NCBI GenBank assembly: GCA_964613035.1
Contig: CAZTFQ010000006.1
Location: 28,071 to 92,070, forward strand
Source: an uncultured Christensenellaceae bacterium
Lineage (GTDB): Bacteria; Bacillota; Clostridia; Christensenellales; DTU072
Direction: 5' to 3'
DNA length: 64,000 nt
This document shows, one piece after another, positions 1 through 10,005 of the stretch; position 1 is the stretch's first letter, and every line of letters starts with the position of its first letter. The notes beneath the pieces were generated by a model that did not search any database, was not told the origin of the DNA, and saw only the letters and a program-made list of their open reading frames with translations. Both the position numbers and the translations under genes were made by a program.

Positions 1-344
1 CCGACTTCAACGACGTCGTAGCCCTTTTGTTTAAGCTCCATCGCAACGTTATAAATCGCGGGATGTTCTACCGAGGATATAATTATACGCGAACCGTTCC
101 TTTTCCGTGCGCCCGTAAGCGCCATATTATCGCTCTCCGTACCGCCTGAGGTAAAAACGATTTTACCGTCGCCAGATAACGACTCCAGAATTCTTCTGCG
201 AGCTTCGTTGAGTTCTTTCGACACTTCTAGAGCTTTCCCGTACATTGCCGACGGATTATAGAATTTTTCCGTCTGATATTCACAAAATATATTAAGATAT
301 TTTTCGTCCACTCGGGTCGTGGCGGCATTGTCCAAATAAATCAT
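1..344 (-). CDS. cysteine desulfurase (class V aminotransferase, NifS/IscS-like), N-terminal part; 3' end runs off the window
   Basis: Own translation from ATG at 344: MIYLDNAATTRVDEKYLNIFCEYQTEKFYNPSAMY...GKIVFTSGGTESDNMA, a typical cysteine desulfurase N-terminus. ATGA overlap with the stop of the upstream ORF. Confidence 0.8.
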   Translation of the reverse strand, partial: MIYLDNAATTRVDEKYLNIFCEYQTEKFYNPSAMYGKALEVSKELNEARRRILESLSGDGKIVFTSGGTESDNMALTGARKRNGSRIIISSVEHPAIYNVAMELKQKGYDVVEV

Positions 345-772
345 TTTTTCTCCAACATACAATATAAATATCTATTGCTTCTGATTCTCAATGTTTTATC
401 GCCGATACGTGCGTCGTATTCCAGATATCCGTCGACGACATCGTATTCCGAAAGAGTTATCGAATCGATTTTTTCTCTCAAAAACTCTTTTTCTGTTCCG
501 TCGGAAAATCTGTGCGTTACGATCAGGTCTCCGTTATTTATCACGTATATTTCGACATACGAAGAGTTTTTGTTTTTAGACGACAATACCAGTGCCGCAG
601 CCGCGCATCCTATCCCGATAACGATTAACGGAACAATTAAATACAATCGACTATACATCAATATACCGCTCAATATCGAAACAAGTGCGATTATCTTCAA
701 TACGGTAATAAAAATCGTCTTTTTTTTATCGATGCCGACGGGCGACTTATTTATCTCGTAGCGATAATACAT
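341..772 (-). CDS. hypothetical small membrane protein (two predicted TM helices)
   Basis: 143-aa ORF with hydrophobic stretches IFITVLKIIALVSILSGILMY and LIVPLIVIGIGCAAAALVL. Translationally coupled to neighbours. No family recognised. Confidence 0.5.
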   Translation of the reverse strand: MYYRYEINKSPVGIDKKKTIFITVLKIIALVSILSGILMYSRLYLIVPLIVIGIGCAAAALVLSSKNKNSSYVEIYVINNGDLIVTHRFSDGTEKEFLREKIDSITLSEYDVVDGYLEYDARIGDKTLRIRSNRYLYCMLEKK

Positions 773-773
773 C

Positions 774-3116
774 TCACTTAAAAGTTGCGAAAGTAACGCC
801 TCGCTCGCCTTCTCCGTATACGCCGTCTCTGACCGTATCCACTTCTTTCAGAGTTTTAAGATGAGCCTGAAGAGCTTTTCTAAGCGCGCCGGTACCGGTA
901 CCGTGAATAATCTTAACTTCATGAAGTCCCGCAAGGAGTGCCGTCGATATGAATTTGTCTACTTCGACTATCGCTTCTTCCACGGTAAGCCCCATAACTT
1001 TAATTTCTGTAGATACGGCTTCCGTATGAGGAAGCTTTCTGCCTGACGAAACAATCTTTTTTTCCTGTTTTTTCGCGACTTTTTTAATGTCTTTTATATT
1101 CACGGTAGAAGAAAAGTTGCCAAGACTCACCACCGCGGTGCCTTTTATAGGGTTAAGAGACATAACACGCCCTTCTACGCCTAATTTCGTACAGAAAACA
1201 TCGTCGCCGACTCTTGCGTCGCCGAGATCTTCGAGTATCTCCGCCACTTCGGATTCCTCGTCGACGGCGTATTTTTTTAATTTGGAACGTAATTCTCTTG
1301 CTCTGAAAAGATTTTTTTCGGAAGGATCGTCGAGAATATTACGAAGTTCTTCAATAATCTCGTTAGCCTCGCTTACGGCGTCCTCGATCATTTTTTTCTT
1401 TTCTTTTCGGACTATTTCGTCTATTTTTTTACGTTCTTCTATAAGGCGATCTCTTTCTTTTTCTACTTCCCGACGAAGTTTTTTCGCTTCTTCTTTATCG
1501 GTCTCCGACTCCTGCTCGTTTTGTTCGGCGTTTTTACGTGCGACTTCAAGCGCGGCAAGGACATTCTCAAACTGAACTTTTTGAGATTTAAGACCTTCTC
1601 GCGCTCTGTCTATAATCGATTTTTTCAAACCTAATCGCTCTGCTATCAAAAGCGCGTTGGAAGCGCCCGGAGTACCGATATTAAGCTTATAAGTGGGACG
1701 ACAGCTGACAGGGTCGAAATCCATCGAACCGTTGATGACGCGGTCGGTGACCACGCCGTACTCTTTCAGCTCGTTATAATGAGTGGTTATGATTGCTTTA
1801 GCACCGGATTCTTTTATATAATCGCATACGGCAAGTGCAAGTGCGGCGCCCTCCGCGGGATCCGTACCTGCGCCCAATTCGTCGAAAAGGAGTAAATCGT
1901 CCGACTGAACGTTATCGAGCACTCCTACGATGTTTTTTATGTGCGAAGAAAACGTCGACAGACTCTGCTCTATGCTCTGCTCGTCGCCTATATCGCAATA
2001 AATATTTTTATACAGACCTATTTCCGCGTCTTGCGCCGGTAAAAAAATGCCGGAAGCCGCCATAAGAGCAAACAGACCGACCAGTTTTAAGCTGACTGTT
2101 TTACCGCCCGTATTGGGTCCTGTTATGAGCAACATATCGAAGTCACGACCGATTTCTATATTGGTAGGCACAACCTTAGATTTCTCTATAAGCGGATGAC
2201 GACCTTTTGAGATTTTAGTATATCCGATATCGTTGATTATCGGCTTGATGCCTTTGATTTCATTGGCATATTCGGCTTTAGCAAAAATTACGTCTAATCT
2301 GATAAGAATGGAAAAATCGTATTTAATCATATCGACGACGCCCGCAACTCGCGCGGTGAAGTCTCTTAAAATACGATTTATTTCCTTTTCTTCTTCTAAA
2401 AGAAGTGTTTTCAGATCGTTGTTGAGCTCTACTATAACCATGGGTTCGACGTACAAAGTCGCGCCCGAGGAGCTTTGGTCGTGCACAAGTCCGGGGATTT
2501 CTTTACGATATTCGGCTTTAAGCGGGATGACGTATCGATCGTTGCGGACGGTTACGATTCCGTCCTGAACGTACTTGGCGTATGCCGCGGAATGGACGAA
2601 ATTATATAATTTGGCTTTTATCGACTCTCCGATTTTTCTGATTTTAATTCTGATCCGTCGTAAATCTTCGCTGGCATTATCGCTCATTTCCGTTTCGGAC
2701 AAAATCGCCGATTCTATATCGTCTTCCAACGGCTTGTCAGTAAATATTCCGGAAGCGATTTTTTTCAAGAGAACAACGCTTTCATCGGGGATTTTTTCAA
2801 TAGAAAGTTTTGCAGTCCTCGATAGGCGCAAAACGGCAGCTATTTTCAAAAGCTCCGACATCGATAAAACGGACATGACGCCGGCACGCTCCAGGGCGTT
2901 GCCTACGGAATCGAAATTGAAGGGAGGCTTAACGGAATGCTCGAAAAGCGCTTTATACGCTTCTTCCACTTCTTTTAACTTAGTCTCTACTTCAATCTTA
3001 TCGGAAGAGGGCTTCTCGTCCAAAATAGACTCTTTTGCGCTCAAAGACGTGGCGTGAAGTGCAATCGCCGCCAAAATTTTATCGTATTCGAGAGCTTTTA
3101 GAGTCCTATCCAGCAT
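774..3116 (-). CDS. mutS2: endonuclease MutS2 (MutS-II ATPase with C-terminal Smr domain)
   Basis: 780 aa. Walker A GPNTGGKT, LLLFDELGAGTDP, TTHY, and C-terminal Smr-like IIHGTGTGALR. Confidence 0.93.
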   Translation of the reverse strand: MLDRTLKALEYDKILAAIALHATSLSAKESILDEKPSSDKIEVETKLKEVEEAYKALFEHSVKPPFNFDSVGNALERAGVMSVLSMSELLKIAAVLRLSRTAKLSIEKIPDESVVLLKKIASGIFTDKPLEDDIESAILSETEMSDNASEDLRRIRIKIRKIGESIKAKLYNFVHSAAYAKYVQDGIVTVRNDRYVIPLKAEYRKEIPGLVHDQSSSGATLYVEPMVIVELNNDLKTLLLEEEKEINRILRDFTARVAGVVDMIKYDFSILIRLDVIFAKAEYANEIKGIKPIINDIGYTKISKGRHPLIEKSKVVPTNIEIGRDFDMLLITGPNTGGKTVSLKLVGLFALMAASGIFLPAQDAEIGLYKNIYCDIGDEQSIEQSLSTFSSHIKNIVGVLDNVQSDDLLLFDELGAGTDPAEGAALALAVCDYIKESGAKAIITTHYNELKEYGVVTDRVINGSMDFDPVSCRPTYKLNIGTPGASNALLIAERLGLKKSIIDRAREGLKSQKVQFENVLAALEVARKNAEQNEQESETDKEEAKKLRREVEKERDRLIEERKKIDEIVRKEKKKMIEDAVSEANEIIEELRNILDDPSEKNLFRARELRSKLKKYAVDEESEVAEILEDLGDARVGDDVFCTKLGVEGRVMSLNPIKGTAVVSLGNFSSTVNIKDIKKVAKKQEKKIVSSGRKLPHTEAVSTEIKVMGLTVEEAIVEVDKFISTALLAGLHEVKIIHGTGTGALRKALQAHLKTLKEVDTVRDGVYGEGERGVTFATFK

Positions 3117-3128
3117 AATATAAAGCTA

Positions 3129-5516
3129 TTACGAACGAAGTTTCGCGCCTGTTTCGGCGTTAAGAGACTTGAGTATCGCATCCGTCTGCGAAACGACTAC
3201 GGCATCGGTCAAAGTGGCGTTTTTATCTCTGAGGACGACTTTAATGGCGACGCTCTTCATACCCTTTTCCACTTGATCGCCCTGATATACGTCGAAAATG
3301 CGCACGCTTTCTATTATTCCGCGATCGGCTTTTTTCACTGCGTCGATTATAGAATCCGCCGTAACGTCCGCCTTAACGAGGACGGCTAGGTCTCTTTCCG
3401 CGGACTGGAATTTCGAGATGGCTTCGAATACGGGCATCTTACCGGACAATCTGATAATCGTTTCTAAATCCAATTCTGCGATATAGACTCGTTTATCGAG
3501 ATCGAAATCTGCGGCAACCGAAGGATGAACCTCGCCGAGATATCCGACGTATTTTTCGTCAACATACAATTCCGCGGTACGCGTGGGATGCATATAACTT
3601 CTGGACCCGGCAACGAATCTACCGCTTAAATCCAATCTTTCGAGAACGTCTTCAACGATATTTTTAAGCGAATAAAAATCTTCTCTCTCTCCTATAACGC
3701 CGAGAGCTAATGTGTTGAATTCTTTGGCAGGTGCGTCATCGAACAAATTCTCGAAGTATCTTTTGGCGACTTCGAAATAACGACCTTCTTTATTGCCCTT
3801 CTGATAGTTATAAGAAATAGTCTTAAGCATACTATATGCCAGAGTTGTCCTCATCACGGAAAAATCTTCGCCGATGGGGTTTTCTATTCTGATACATTTT
3901 CTTAAAACGCTGTCTTCGGGCACGCGGAGCAAATCAAAAATCTTGGGGCTGACAAAAGAATACGTCACTATCTCGTGCATACCGTCCGAAACGAGGCAAT
4001 CTTTTATGGTAAGGGTTGTTTTCTGTTGCTTGGTTCTTCCGCCTTTTACGGTACCGCCTTTGTTGAGCAAGGTGGGAGTAAGGTGATCGTAACCGTATAT
4101 TCTGATGACTTCTTCTGCGAGATCGTTGGCTCCGTCGATATCTTCTCTATATAGAGGAATGACCGAAATAAGGCTACCGTTTTCCGAAATGACCGTCTCT
4201 ATATTGAGGCTGTTGAGTATATCCGACACTACTTTCGCGGGAACGTCTATTCCCAAAACAGAATTAACTTTATTGAGAGTGGTACGGACGATTTTATTTT
4301 TCACATCGGGATTGGTGTCGATAATATCACCCGTAATAGTGCCGTAGCCGTATTTGTCGATAAGATTGAGCGCCCTTTTGAGACCGGTCTCCTGACAATA
4401 AAAATCTACGCCTTTTTCGAATCTGAAAGAGCTGTCGGAAGAAAGCTTAATGGCTCTGGAAGTTTGTCTTACGGAATCTCTTGCAAATCTTGCCGATTCA
4501 AATATTATTCTGGAGGTGTCGGGCATGACCGAAGAATATTCTCCGCCCATAACGCCTGCAATGGCGACTACCTTGTTTTTATCCGCGATAACGAGATTTT
4601 TCTCGTTAAGAACGTACTCGTTGCCGTCGAGCGCGGTGATTTTTTCACCGTTGACTGCGGGTCTGACGATAATTTCGGCGCCCTCTAACAGAGAAAAATC
4701 GAAAGCGTGCATGGGTTGACCTATTTCCATTAAGACGTAATTGGTTATATCGACAATGTTATTGATAGGACGTATGCCGACTTTTCTCAGTCTGTACTTA
4801 ACAATCTCGGGGGATTCTTCGATTTTTATATCCGAAACTTCCGCCGCCATATATCTGGGGCAAAGATTTTTGTCTTCGACGGTAACGCCTTTTAACGCGC
4901 AAGGACGATTGACCGATTTATAGGTCAAATCGGGTTCACGGACGGTTTTTCCGGTAACTGCCGCGACTTCTCTCGCTATACCTAGGACAGAGCTGCAATC
5001 TGCGCGATTGGCAGTAAGGGCAATATCAAGGATAACTTCCGTATGTCCGATTTCTTCATTGATATCGCTACCGATAACCGCCGACTGCTTAAGAACCAAA
5101 ACTTCGTCTTTATCGGCACCGGGATATTCGTCCTTTTCCAGTCCGAGTTCTTCCGGACCGCAGAACATACCGTAGCTCATAACTCCTCTAAGCTCGCCTT
5201 TTTTAATATCGATACCGTTGAAAAGAGTCGCTCCGTCTAATGCGACAGGTACGAGGTCTCCGACTTTAACGGTCTTGGAATTGGTCACTATATCGACGTT
5301 TTCTTTACCGATCTTGACGTAACAAACGGAAAGCTTATCCGCATTGGGATGCTTATCTATACCGACGATTTTTCCGACGACCGTATTGGTCACGCGAGTT
5401 CTTTCATCGATTATTTCTTCAATTTCAAAACCTGCGGAAACGAGTTTGTCCGAGAGTTCTTGGGGTGTAATATCTACGTCTACGTATTCTTTTAACCAAC
5501 TGAACGGTACTTTCAT
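3129..5516 (-). CDS. pheT: phenylalanine--tRNA ligase beta subunit
   Basis: 795 aa. N-terminus MKVPFSWLKEYVDV is typical of PheT. Length and position directly downstream of pheS fit. Confidence 0.95.
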   Translation of the reverse strand: MKVPFSWLKEYVDVDITPQELSDKLVSAGFEIEEIIDERTRVTNTVVGKIVGIDKHPNADKLSVCYVKIGKENVDIVTNSKTVKVGDLVPVALDGATLFNGIDIKKGELRGVMSYGMFCGPEELGLEKDEYPGADKDEVLVLKQSAVIGSDINEEIGHTEVILDIALTANRADCSSVLGIAREVAAVTGKTVREPDLTYKSVNRPCALKGVTVEDKNLCPRYMAAEVSDIKIEESPEIVKYRLRKVGIRPINNIVDITNYVLMEIGQPMHAFDFSLLEGAEIIVRPAVNGEKITALDGNEYVLNEKNLVIADKNKVVAIAGVMGGEYSSVMPDTSRIIFESARFARDSVRQTSRAIKLSSDSSFRFEKGVDFYCQETGLKRALNLIDKYGYGTITGDIIDTNPDVKNKIVRTTLNKVNSVLGIDVPAKVVSDILNSLNIETVISENGSLISVIPLYREDIDGANDLAEEVIRIYGYDHLTPTLLNKGGTVKGGRTKQQKTTLTIKDCLVSDGMHEIVTYSFVSPKIFDLLRVPEDSVLRKCIRIENPIGEDFSVMRTTLAYSMLKTISYNYQKGNKEGRYFEVAKRYFENLFDDAPAKEFNTLALGVIGEREDFYSLKNIVEDVLERLDLSGRFVAGSRSYMHPTRTAELYVDEKYVGYLGEVHPSVAADFDLDKRVYIAELDLETIIRLSGKMPVFEAISKFQSAERDLAVLVKADVTADSIIDAVKKADRGIIESVRIFDVYQGDQVEKGMKSVAIKVVLRDKNATLTDAVVVSQTDAILKSLNAETGAKLRS

Positions 5517-5525
5517 AGCCTACTC

Positions 5526-6551
5526 CTATTTATATTGCTTCAAAAATCTCATATCGTTTTCAAAAAGTATTCTCATATCGGGAATACCGTATTTAAGCAT
5601 CGCGGCGCGCTCTACGCCTACTCCGAAAGCGAATCCCGTATATACGTCGGGGTCTATTCCGCTCATTCTGAGTACGTTGGGGTTGACGACGCCTGCGCCC
5701 AAAACCTCAATCCAACCGGTGCCCTTACACAGACTGCAACCTTTTCCGCCGCAAATGGCGCAAGAAACGTCTACTTCCACGCTGGGCTCGGTGAAGGGAA
5801 AATACGAAGGACGGAAGCGAGTTTTACTGGATTCGGAGAAGAAACCTTTCGCAAATTCGTCCAGAATACCTTTTAAGTCGCAGAGGGTAATTCCTTTATC
5901 TATAACCAAACCTTCTATCTGTTGGAACATGGGGCTGTGGGTCGCATCGTAATCGGGGCGATAGACTTTACCGGGGCAAATAACTCTGATCGGGGGCTTC
6001 TGAGTCTCCATAGTGTGGACTTGCACGGTGGAAGTCTGAGTACGGAGCATTCTGTGTTCGTCTATATAGAAGCTGTCCTGTCTGTCTCTTGCCGGATGAT
6101 CGAAAGGAATATTGAGAGCTGTGAAGTTGTAATAATCGGTTTCTATTTCGGGGCCGTCCGCCATTTGAAAACCGAGATTAAGAAAAACTTCCGAAATTTC
6201 GTTGATAACTCTGGATAAAAGATGATTGGAGCCTATTCCTAGATCTCTTTTTGATAAAGAAACGTCGAGTTTTTCCGCTTCGAGTCTTGCGACCAATTCT
6301 TTTTCGGAGAGTTCTTTCAGAGCTACGTCGATTTCGGATTCCATTTGATTTCTAACAACGTTGAGTTCTTTTCCTATCTCGGATTTTTGGTCGGCGGGGA
6401 CGTCTTTAAGTCCTTTAAGAAGAGCCGTCAGCTCGCCTTGTTTTCCTAAAAAACGAACCTTAAGGTCAATCAAATTCTGCTTATTCAAGTCGGATTTGTT
6501 TTTAATCTGCTCCTTGAACGCTTCAAACACCTGTTTAATTCTGTCTCGCAT
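5526..6551 (-). CDS. pheS: phenylalanine--tRNA ligase alpha subunit
   Basis: Class II motifs FRPSYFPFTEPS and GFAFGVGVERAAML. I place the start at ATG 6551 (MRDRIKQ...), 6 nt after GAGGTG, rather than at the ORF-track start 6593. Confidence 0.95.
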   Translation of the reverse strand: MRDRIKQVFEAFKEQIKNKSDLNKQNLIDLKVRFLGKQGELTALLKGLKDVPADQKSEIGKELNVVRNQMESEIDVALKELSEKELVARLEAEKLDVSLSKRDLGIGSNHLLSRVINEISEVFLNLGFQMADGPEIETDYYNFTALNIPFDHPARDRQDSFYIDEHRMLRTQTSTVQVHTMETQKPPIRVICPGKVYRPDYDATHSPMFQQIEGLVIDKGITLCDLKGILDEFAKGFFSESSKTRFRPSYFPFTEPSVEVDVSCAICGGKGCSLCKGTGWIEVLGAGVVNPNVLRMSGIDPDVYTGFAFGVGVERAAMLKYGIPDMRILFENDMRFLKQYK

Positions 6552-6583
6552 AAATGCACCTCGTGTAAAAAGTAACTTAAAAT

Positions 6584-6612
6584 ATAATATCACTTACGAG
6601 AATATAAATCAA
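6584..6612 (-). promoter_or_regulatory. candidate sigma-A promoter of pheST
   Basis: Minus strand reads TTGATT, 17 nt, TATTAT with TG at -15/-14. It lies about 30 nt upstream of the pheS ATG. Confidence 0.45.
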
Positions 6613-6747
6613 GATTACGCGCGCACATAACGAGGAAAATTTTTCTAGCGTGTAGTTTTACAATTTTAGACGTGGTTGGAGCTGCGTCTTCTTTTTTTAG
6701 TTAATTCCCGAACGAGAAGCTTGGATTAATTATCTAAACTTCTTATT

Positions 6748-7401
6748 TTACGGAACGAGATCTAGATAATCGGTGGTGTCTTTTCCTTCAAGATACGTAT
6801 CCGGCACTCGTCCGACGATTAAATTTTCCGCAATAAAAACGTCCGTAAATTCTTCAAATGAAATTTTTTCTATAGGAAGGGATAACGCGATAGTCGTATA
6901 CACTCTGACGTAAAATTTATGAATGGTCTGATTGAGCCCCTCCGCTTTATATTCCGAACAAAACCGACATTTGACTGAGCCGATAGGTAAAACGTCCAGA
7001 TAAACTTCCGGTCCGAAGTCGGAAAAGAAAGAAATCCCCGAAAAAGCTCCGAGTCTGACGGGGATTTTATAATTCTCCAATTGAGACACCTGTTCGAAAA
7101 CTTTTTTCTGGACTAAAAAATTGACTTGATTAATCGCATAACCGTTACTTACGACCGCTACGATCTCTCCGTCGGCATTTTTTTCGTATTCAAAAAACGT
7201 TTCGGAAAATTCACTGCTGTTTTTTAATTCTAAAGATAAATCCGCCACGATATCGGAATATACGTTTTTTATCGTAGCAGACAAAACGTTGTTGACAAAA
7301 GGCTTAACGATAAACCGCGCGTACAACATAACGCAAATAGCTATGACTAAAATTACACCCGTAACGATTATGAACAGCTTTTTCGCACGCACGTCCGACA
7401 T
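6748..7401 (-). CDS. yunB: sporulation protein YunB
   Basis: 217 aa. N-terminal TM helix followed by a YunB-like core (IPVRLGAFSGISFFSDFGPEVYLDVLPIGSV). Recognised from family memory only. Confidence 0.7.
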   Translation of the reverse strand: MSDVRAKKLFIIVTGVILVIAICVMLYARFIVKPFVNNVLSATIKNVYSDIVADLSLELKNSSEFSETFFEYEKNADGEIVAVVSNGYAINQVNFLVQKKVFEQVSQLENYKIPVRLGAFSGISFFSDFGPEVYLDVLPIGSVKCRFCSEYKAEGLNQTIHKFYVRVYTTIALSLPIEKISFEEFTDVFIAENLIVGRVPDTYLEGKDTTDYLDLVP

Positions 7402-7418
7402 ATTAAAAATATATGCCG

Positions 7419-8264
7419 CTACTCACCCAGATATATCTTTTTCATTGTCAGCGCGTCTTCGGCTTGAGTACCGTCCGACTCGCATATAACGTACGGCTCT
7501 AGTGCGTAGCGGTGTAAAGATTCCGCCAGCGGAGGGAATTCCGGACCGTATTTTTCGTCGGCAAAAGTCAGATGATAGAGCTCGCCTTTTTCTCCGTAAG
7601 CAATTTTACTGAAATGCACGTGCATATTAAAAACTTTATATTTTGGCAAATTATCAAGCAATTCCTCTATTATAGTATTATAATTTGCCGCTGTTTTTAG
7701 AATACCCCGTTCTCTTGCATTAATATGACCAAAGTCTATACACGGATACAGGAACGGCGCCAGAGACGCATAATCGATTACTTCTTTTACCGTACCGAGC
7801 TGATTGAATTTACCCATCGTTTCGATACAGACTATCATATCGTCGTATCCCTCTGCGACGATTCTGTCGGCCAATCTGGCAATATTTTCCACTGCGGTAC
7901 GATGAGCGACGTTTCGTTCCGCTTTACCTTGCGACGCCGGATGAAACACAACTCTTTTTCCGCCCATCTCACGGACTTTTTCTAGTGACGAAATAACGTA
8001 ACCGATCGAGTTTTCGATTTTTTGAGGATCGGGATTGGCGAAATTAATAAAGTAAGGTGCATGCACGCTGAGTTCCAATCCCGCGGCATTAAACGCCGCG
8101 CCTATGGCGCCCGCCGTCTCAGAGCTCATTTTAACTCCCTTTCCGAAAGAGTATTCAAAACAGTCCAGACCTCTTTTTTTACACCAATCGGCAGCCTCTA
8201 CGGTGTGTTTATGTCCCTCTGCATAAAAACTTGCGGAATTGCCCGCAACTCCGAATTTAATCAT
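7419..8264 (-). CDS. endonuclease IV-like / AP endonuclease family 2 TIM-barrel protein
   Basis: 281 aa. Metal-ligand-style motifs VHAPYFINFANP, VFHPAS, CIETMG, CIDFGH, HVHFS. Confidence 0.7.
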   Translation of the reverse strand: MIKFGVAGNSASFYAEGHKHTVEAADWCKKRGLDCFEYSFGKGVKMSSETAGAIGAAFNAAGLELSVHAPYFINFANPDPQKIENSIGYVISSLEKVREMGGKRVVFHPASQGKAERNVAHRTAVENIARLADRIVAEGYDDMIVCIETMGKFNQLGTVKEVIDYASLAPFLYPCIDFGHINARERGILKTAANYNTIIEELLDNLPKYKVFNMHVHFSKIAYGEKGELYHLTFADEKYGPEFPPLAESLHRYALEPYVICESDGTQAEDALTMKKIYLGE

Positions 8265-10005
8265 TATCCAATTCTCCTACGTCCGAAGCGATTTGCGCAA
8301 TAAGCTCCTCTGTCGAATCGAACTTTTTAATTTCTCGTAAAAATTTTCTCGGATATATTTTCACAACGTGCTCTATAAAATCGAGGCGAGTATCGACGAC
8401 GTAAGCCTCTATTTTGTATTCGTTATAATCGAAAGTCGGCGCCGTCCCCACGTTAACCACACCTCGATAACGATTACCGTCGACTACGATATCCGCGGAA
8501 TATACGCCTACGCCCAACAGACACGGCTTATCGGGCACGACGTTAAGCGTCGGATAACCGAGTTTTCGCCCTACTCCTCTACCGTGCGCGCTGACTCCTT
8601 CAATAAAGTATTTCGATTGTAAAAGTTCATTGGCACGGCTCACGTTACCGCTCTTCAACAATTCTTTTATGCCCGAAGTGGAAATTACAGTATCTCCCGT
8701 CGAGAGCAATGCTACTTCTTCAAAAACGATATTGTTTTCTCTGCAATAACTTTTCAATAGGTCGACGTTACCGGCGGCATCGAGACCGAATCGAAAATCA
8801 CTCCCCGAAACGATAAAATCCGGAGCGACGTTATCTCTGATATAGTCTAAAAAAGTTATCGGGTCGGATTTATAAAAGCTTTCATCGACGGGCAATTCGA
8901 ACGGAATACACCCCGACGAAGATAAAATAGAAAACCTTTCGCTCTCGGTAAACAACGTATCGGAGCGTTTATTGATATATCCTAAAGACGCGTTCTTAAA
9001 AAACGATACGTAGAGGCTTCCGTTGCCTGCCAAATCCAAACCTTGCTCGATGACGCGAGCATGCCCCGTATGTATGCCGTCGAAAAAACCTAAAGCGATA
9101 CCGACGGACGCGTCGGAGCGATTGGCTCTAGCTTTCAAAAACGTGACTGCTCGAGCCTGACCGCACTCTACTTTACCGAGCGCAATCGTTTCGTTCAAGC
9201 AAGAAATCTTAACAAAATCACAGTCGCTAAGATCCGTCGAAGTCGAAAATCCTCTCAACAGGGCTATTTCTCTGTCTCTGGTAACCTTAACTTCCGGAAC
9301 GTTTTTCAAAGCATAATCTATGGGGAGAATTTTTGAAAAAACAAGTTCGGGATCGGATTCGAGTTCTTTTAGCGTAACGCTGTCTCTAATGTCGAAGCAC
9401 CCCGATTTGACGCGATTGATATATTGCATTACCGCGCAAGTCCCGAGTCTTTTTCCCATATCGCGCGCGATGGAACGAATATAAGTGCCGCCGGAACACG
9501 TTATCGTCATCGAAAAGACTCCTTCTGAAACTTCTCGAAGATCTTCAATAGAATATATTTCGATTTCTTTACCTTCCAATTCTATATCGGCACCTTCTCT
9601 TGCCAAGTCGTAGCCGCGCTTGCCCTTATAACATCTGGCGCTATATAGAGGAGGAATCTGGACGGACTTTCCTATAAATTCCGAGATAATATCTCGTACG
9701 TCGTCGAGTGTCGGAACGGGAGCGTTTTCTTTTAATATTTTACCGGAAGTATCCAGCGTATCGCTATCGATACCGAATCGAAATTCAGTGTAATACGTTT
9801 TCTTTTTATCGAGCAAATAAGAAAAAAGCTTGGTCGAGCTTCCTATCGCGATAGGTAAAACGCCCTCGCCGTCGGGGTCGAGAGTACCGAGATGACCTAT
9901 TTTGACGTTTTTGTCACGCTTATATAAGAGGTGCTTTACGATTGCAACCACCTTGGCGGAGGTAATACCCCTCTTTTTATTAACGATAATAAATCCGTTA
10001 ATCAT
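8257..10005 (-). CDS. truB/ribF: single-ORF fusion of tRNA pseudouridine-55 synthase TruB and riboflavin kinase/FAD synthetase RibF
   Basis: 582-aa uninterrupted ORF. TruB catalytic motif GHLGTLDPDGEG is at about 9871-9897. RibF motifs are GFFDGIHTGH (9061-9090), SGSDFRFG, and the riboflavin kinase part GRKLGYPTLNV...PTFDYNEYKIEAYV. Confidence 0.85.
   Translation of the reverse strand: MINGFIIVNKKRGITSAKVVAIVKHLLYKRDKNVKIGHLGTLDPDGEGVLPIAIGSSTKLFSYLLDKKKTYYTEFRFGIDSDTLDTSGKILKENAPVPTLDDVRDIISEFIGKSVQIPPLYSARCYKGKRGYDLAREGADIELEGKEIEIYSIEDLREVSEGVFSMTITCSGGTYIRSIARDMGKRLGTCAVMQYINRVKSGCFDIRDSVTLKELESDPELVFSKILPIDYALKNVPEVKVTRDREIALLRGFSTSTDLSDCDFVKISCLNETIALGKVECGQARAVTFLKARANRSDASVGIALGFFDGIHTGHARVIEQGLDLAGNGSLYVSFFKNASLGYINKRSDTLFTESERFSILSSSGCIPFELPVDESFYKSDPITFLDYIRDNVAPDFIVSGSDFRFGLDAAGNVDLLKSYCRENNIVFEEVALLSTGDTVISTSGIKELLKSGNVSRANELLQSKYFIEGVSAHGRGVGRKLGYPTLNVVPDKPCLLGVGVYSADIVVDGNRYRGVVNVGTAPTFDYNEYKIEAYVVDTRLDFIEHVVKIYPRKFLREIKKFDSTEELIAQIASDVGELDND

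Noticed and set aside
6668-6698. Hairpin AGACG, 12 nt, CGTCT followed by TCTTTTTTT on the plus strand (terminator-like).
   Set aside because: It has only a 5-bp stem and a large loop, and there is no plus-strand gene to terminate. On the minus strand it lacks a U-tract. It is probably fortuitous, or at most a weak barrier to antisense transcription.
6552-6747. Expected a T-box riboswitch leader upstream of pheST, as in many Firmicutes.
   Set aside because: I could not find the T-box consensus (GGTGGTACCGCG-like), an AGAGA/K-turn or a specifier-loop architecture on the minus strand. A good promoter sits only about 30 nt from the ATG, so there appears to be no long leader. A covariance-model scan (Rfam RF00230) would be the decisive check.
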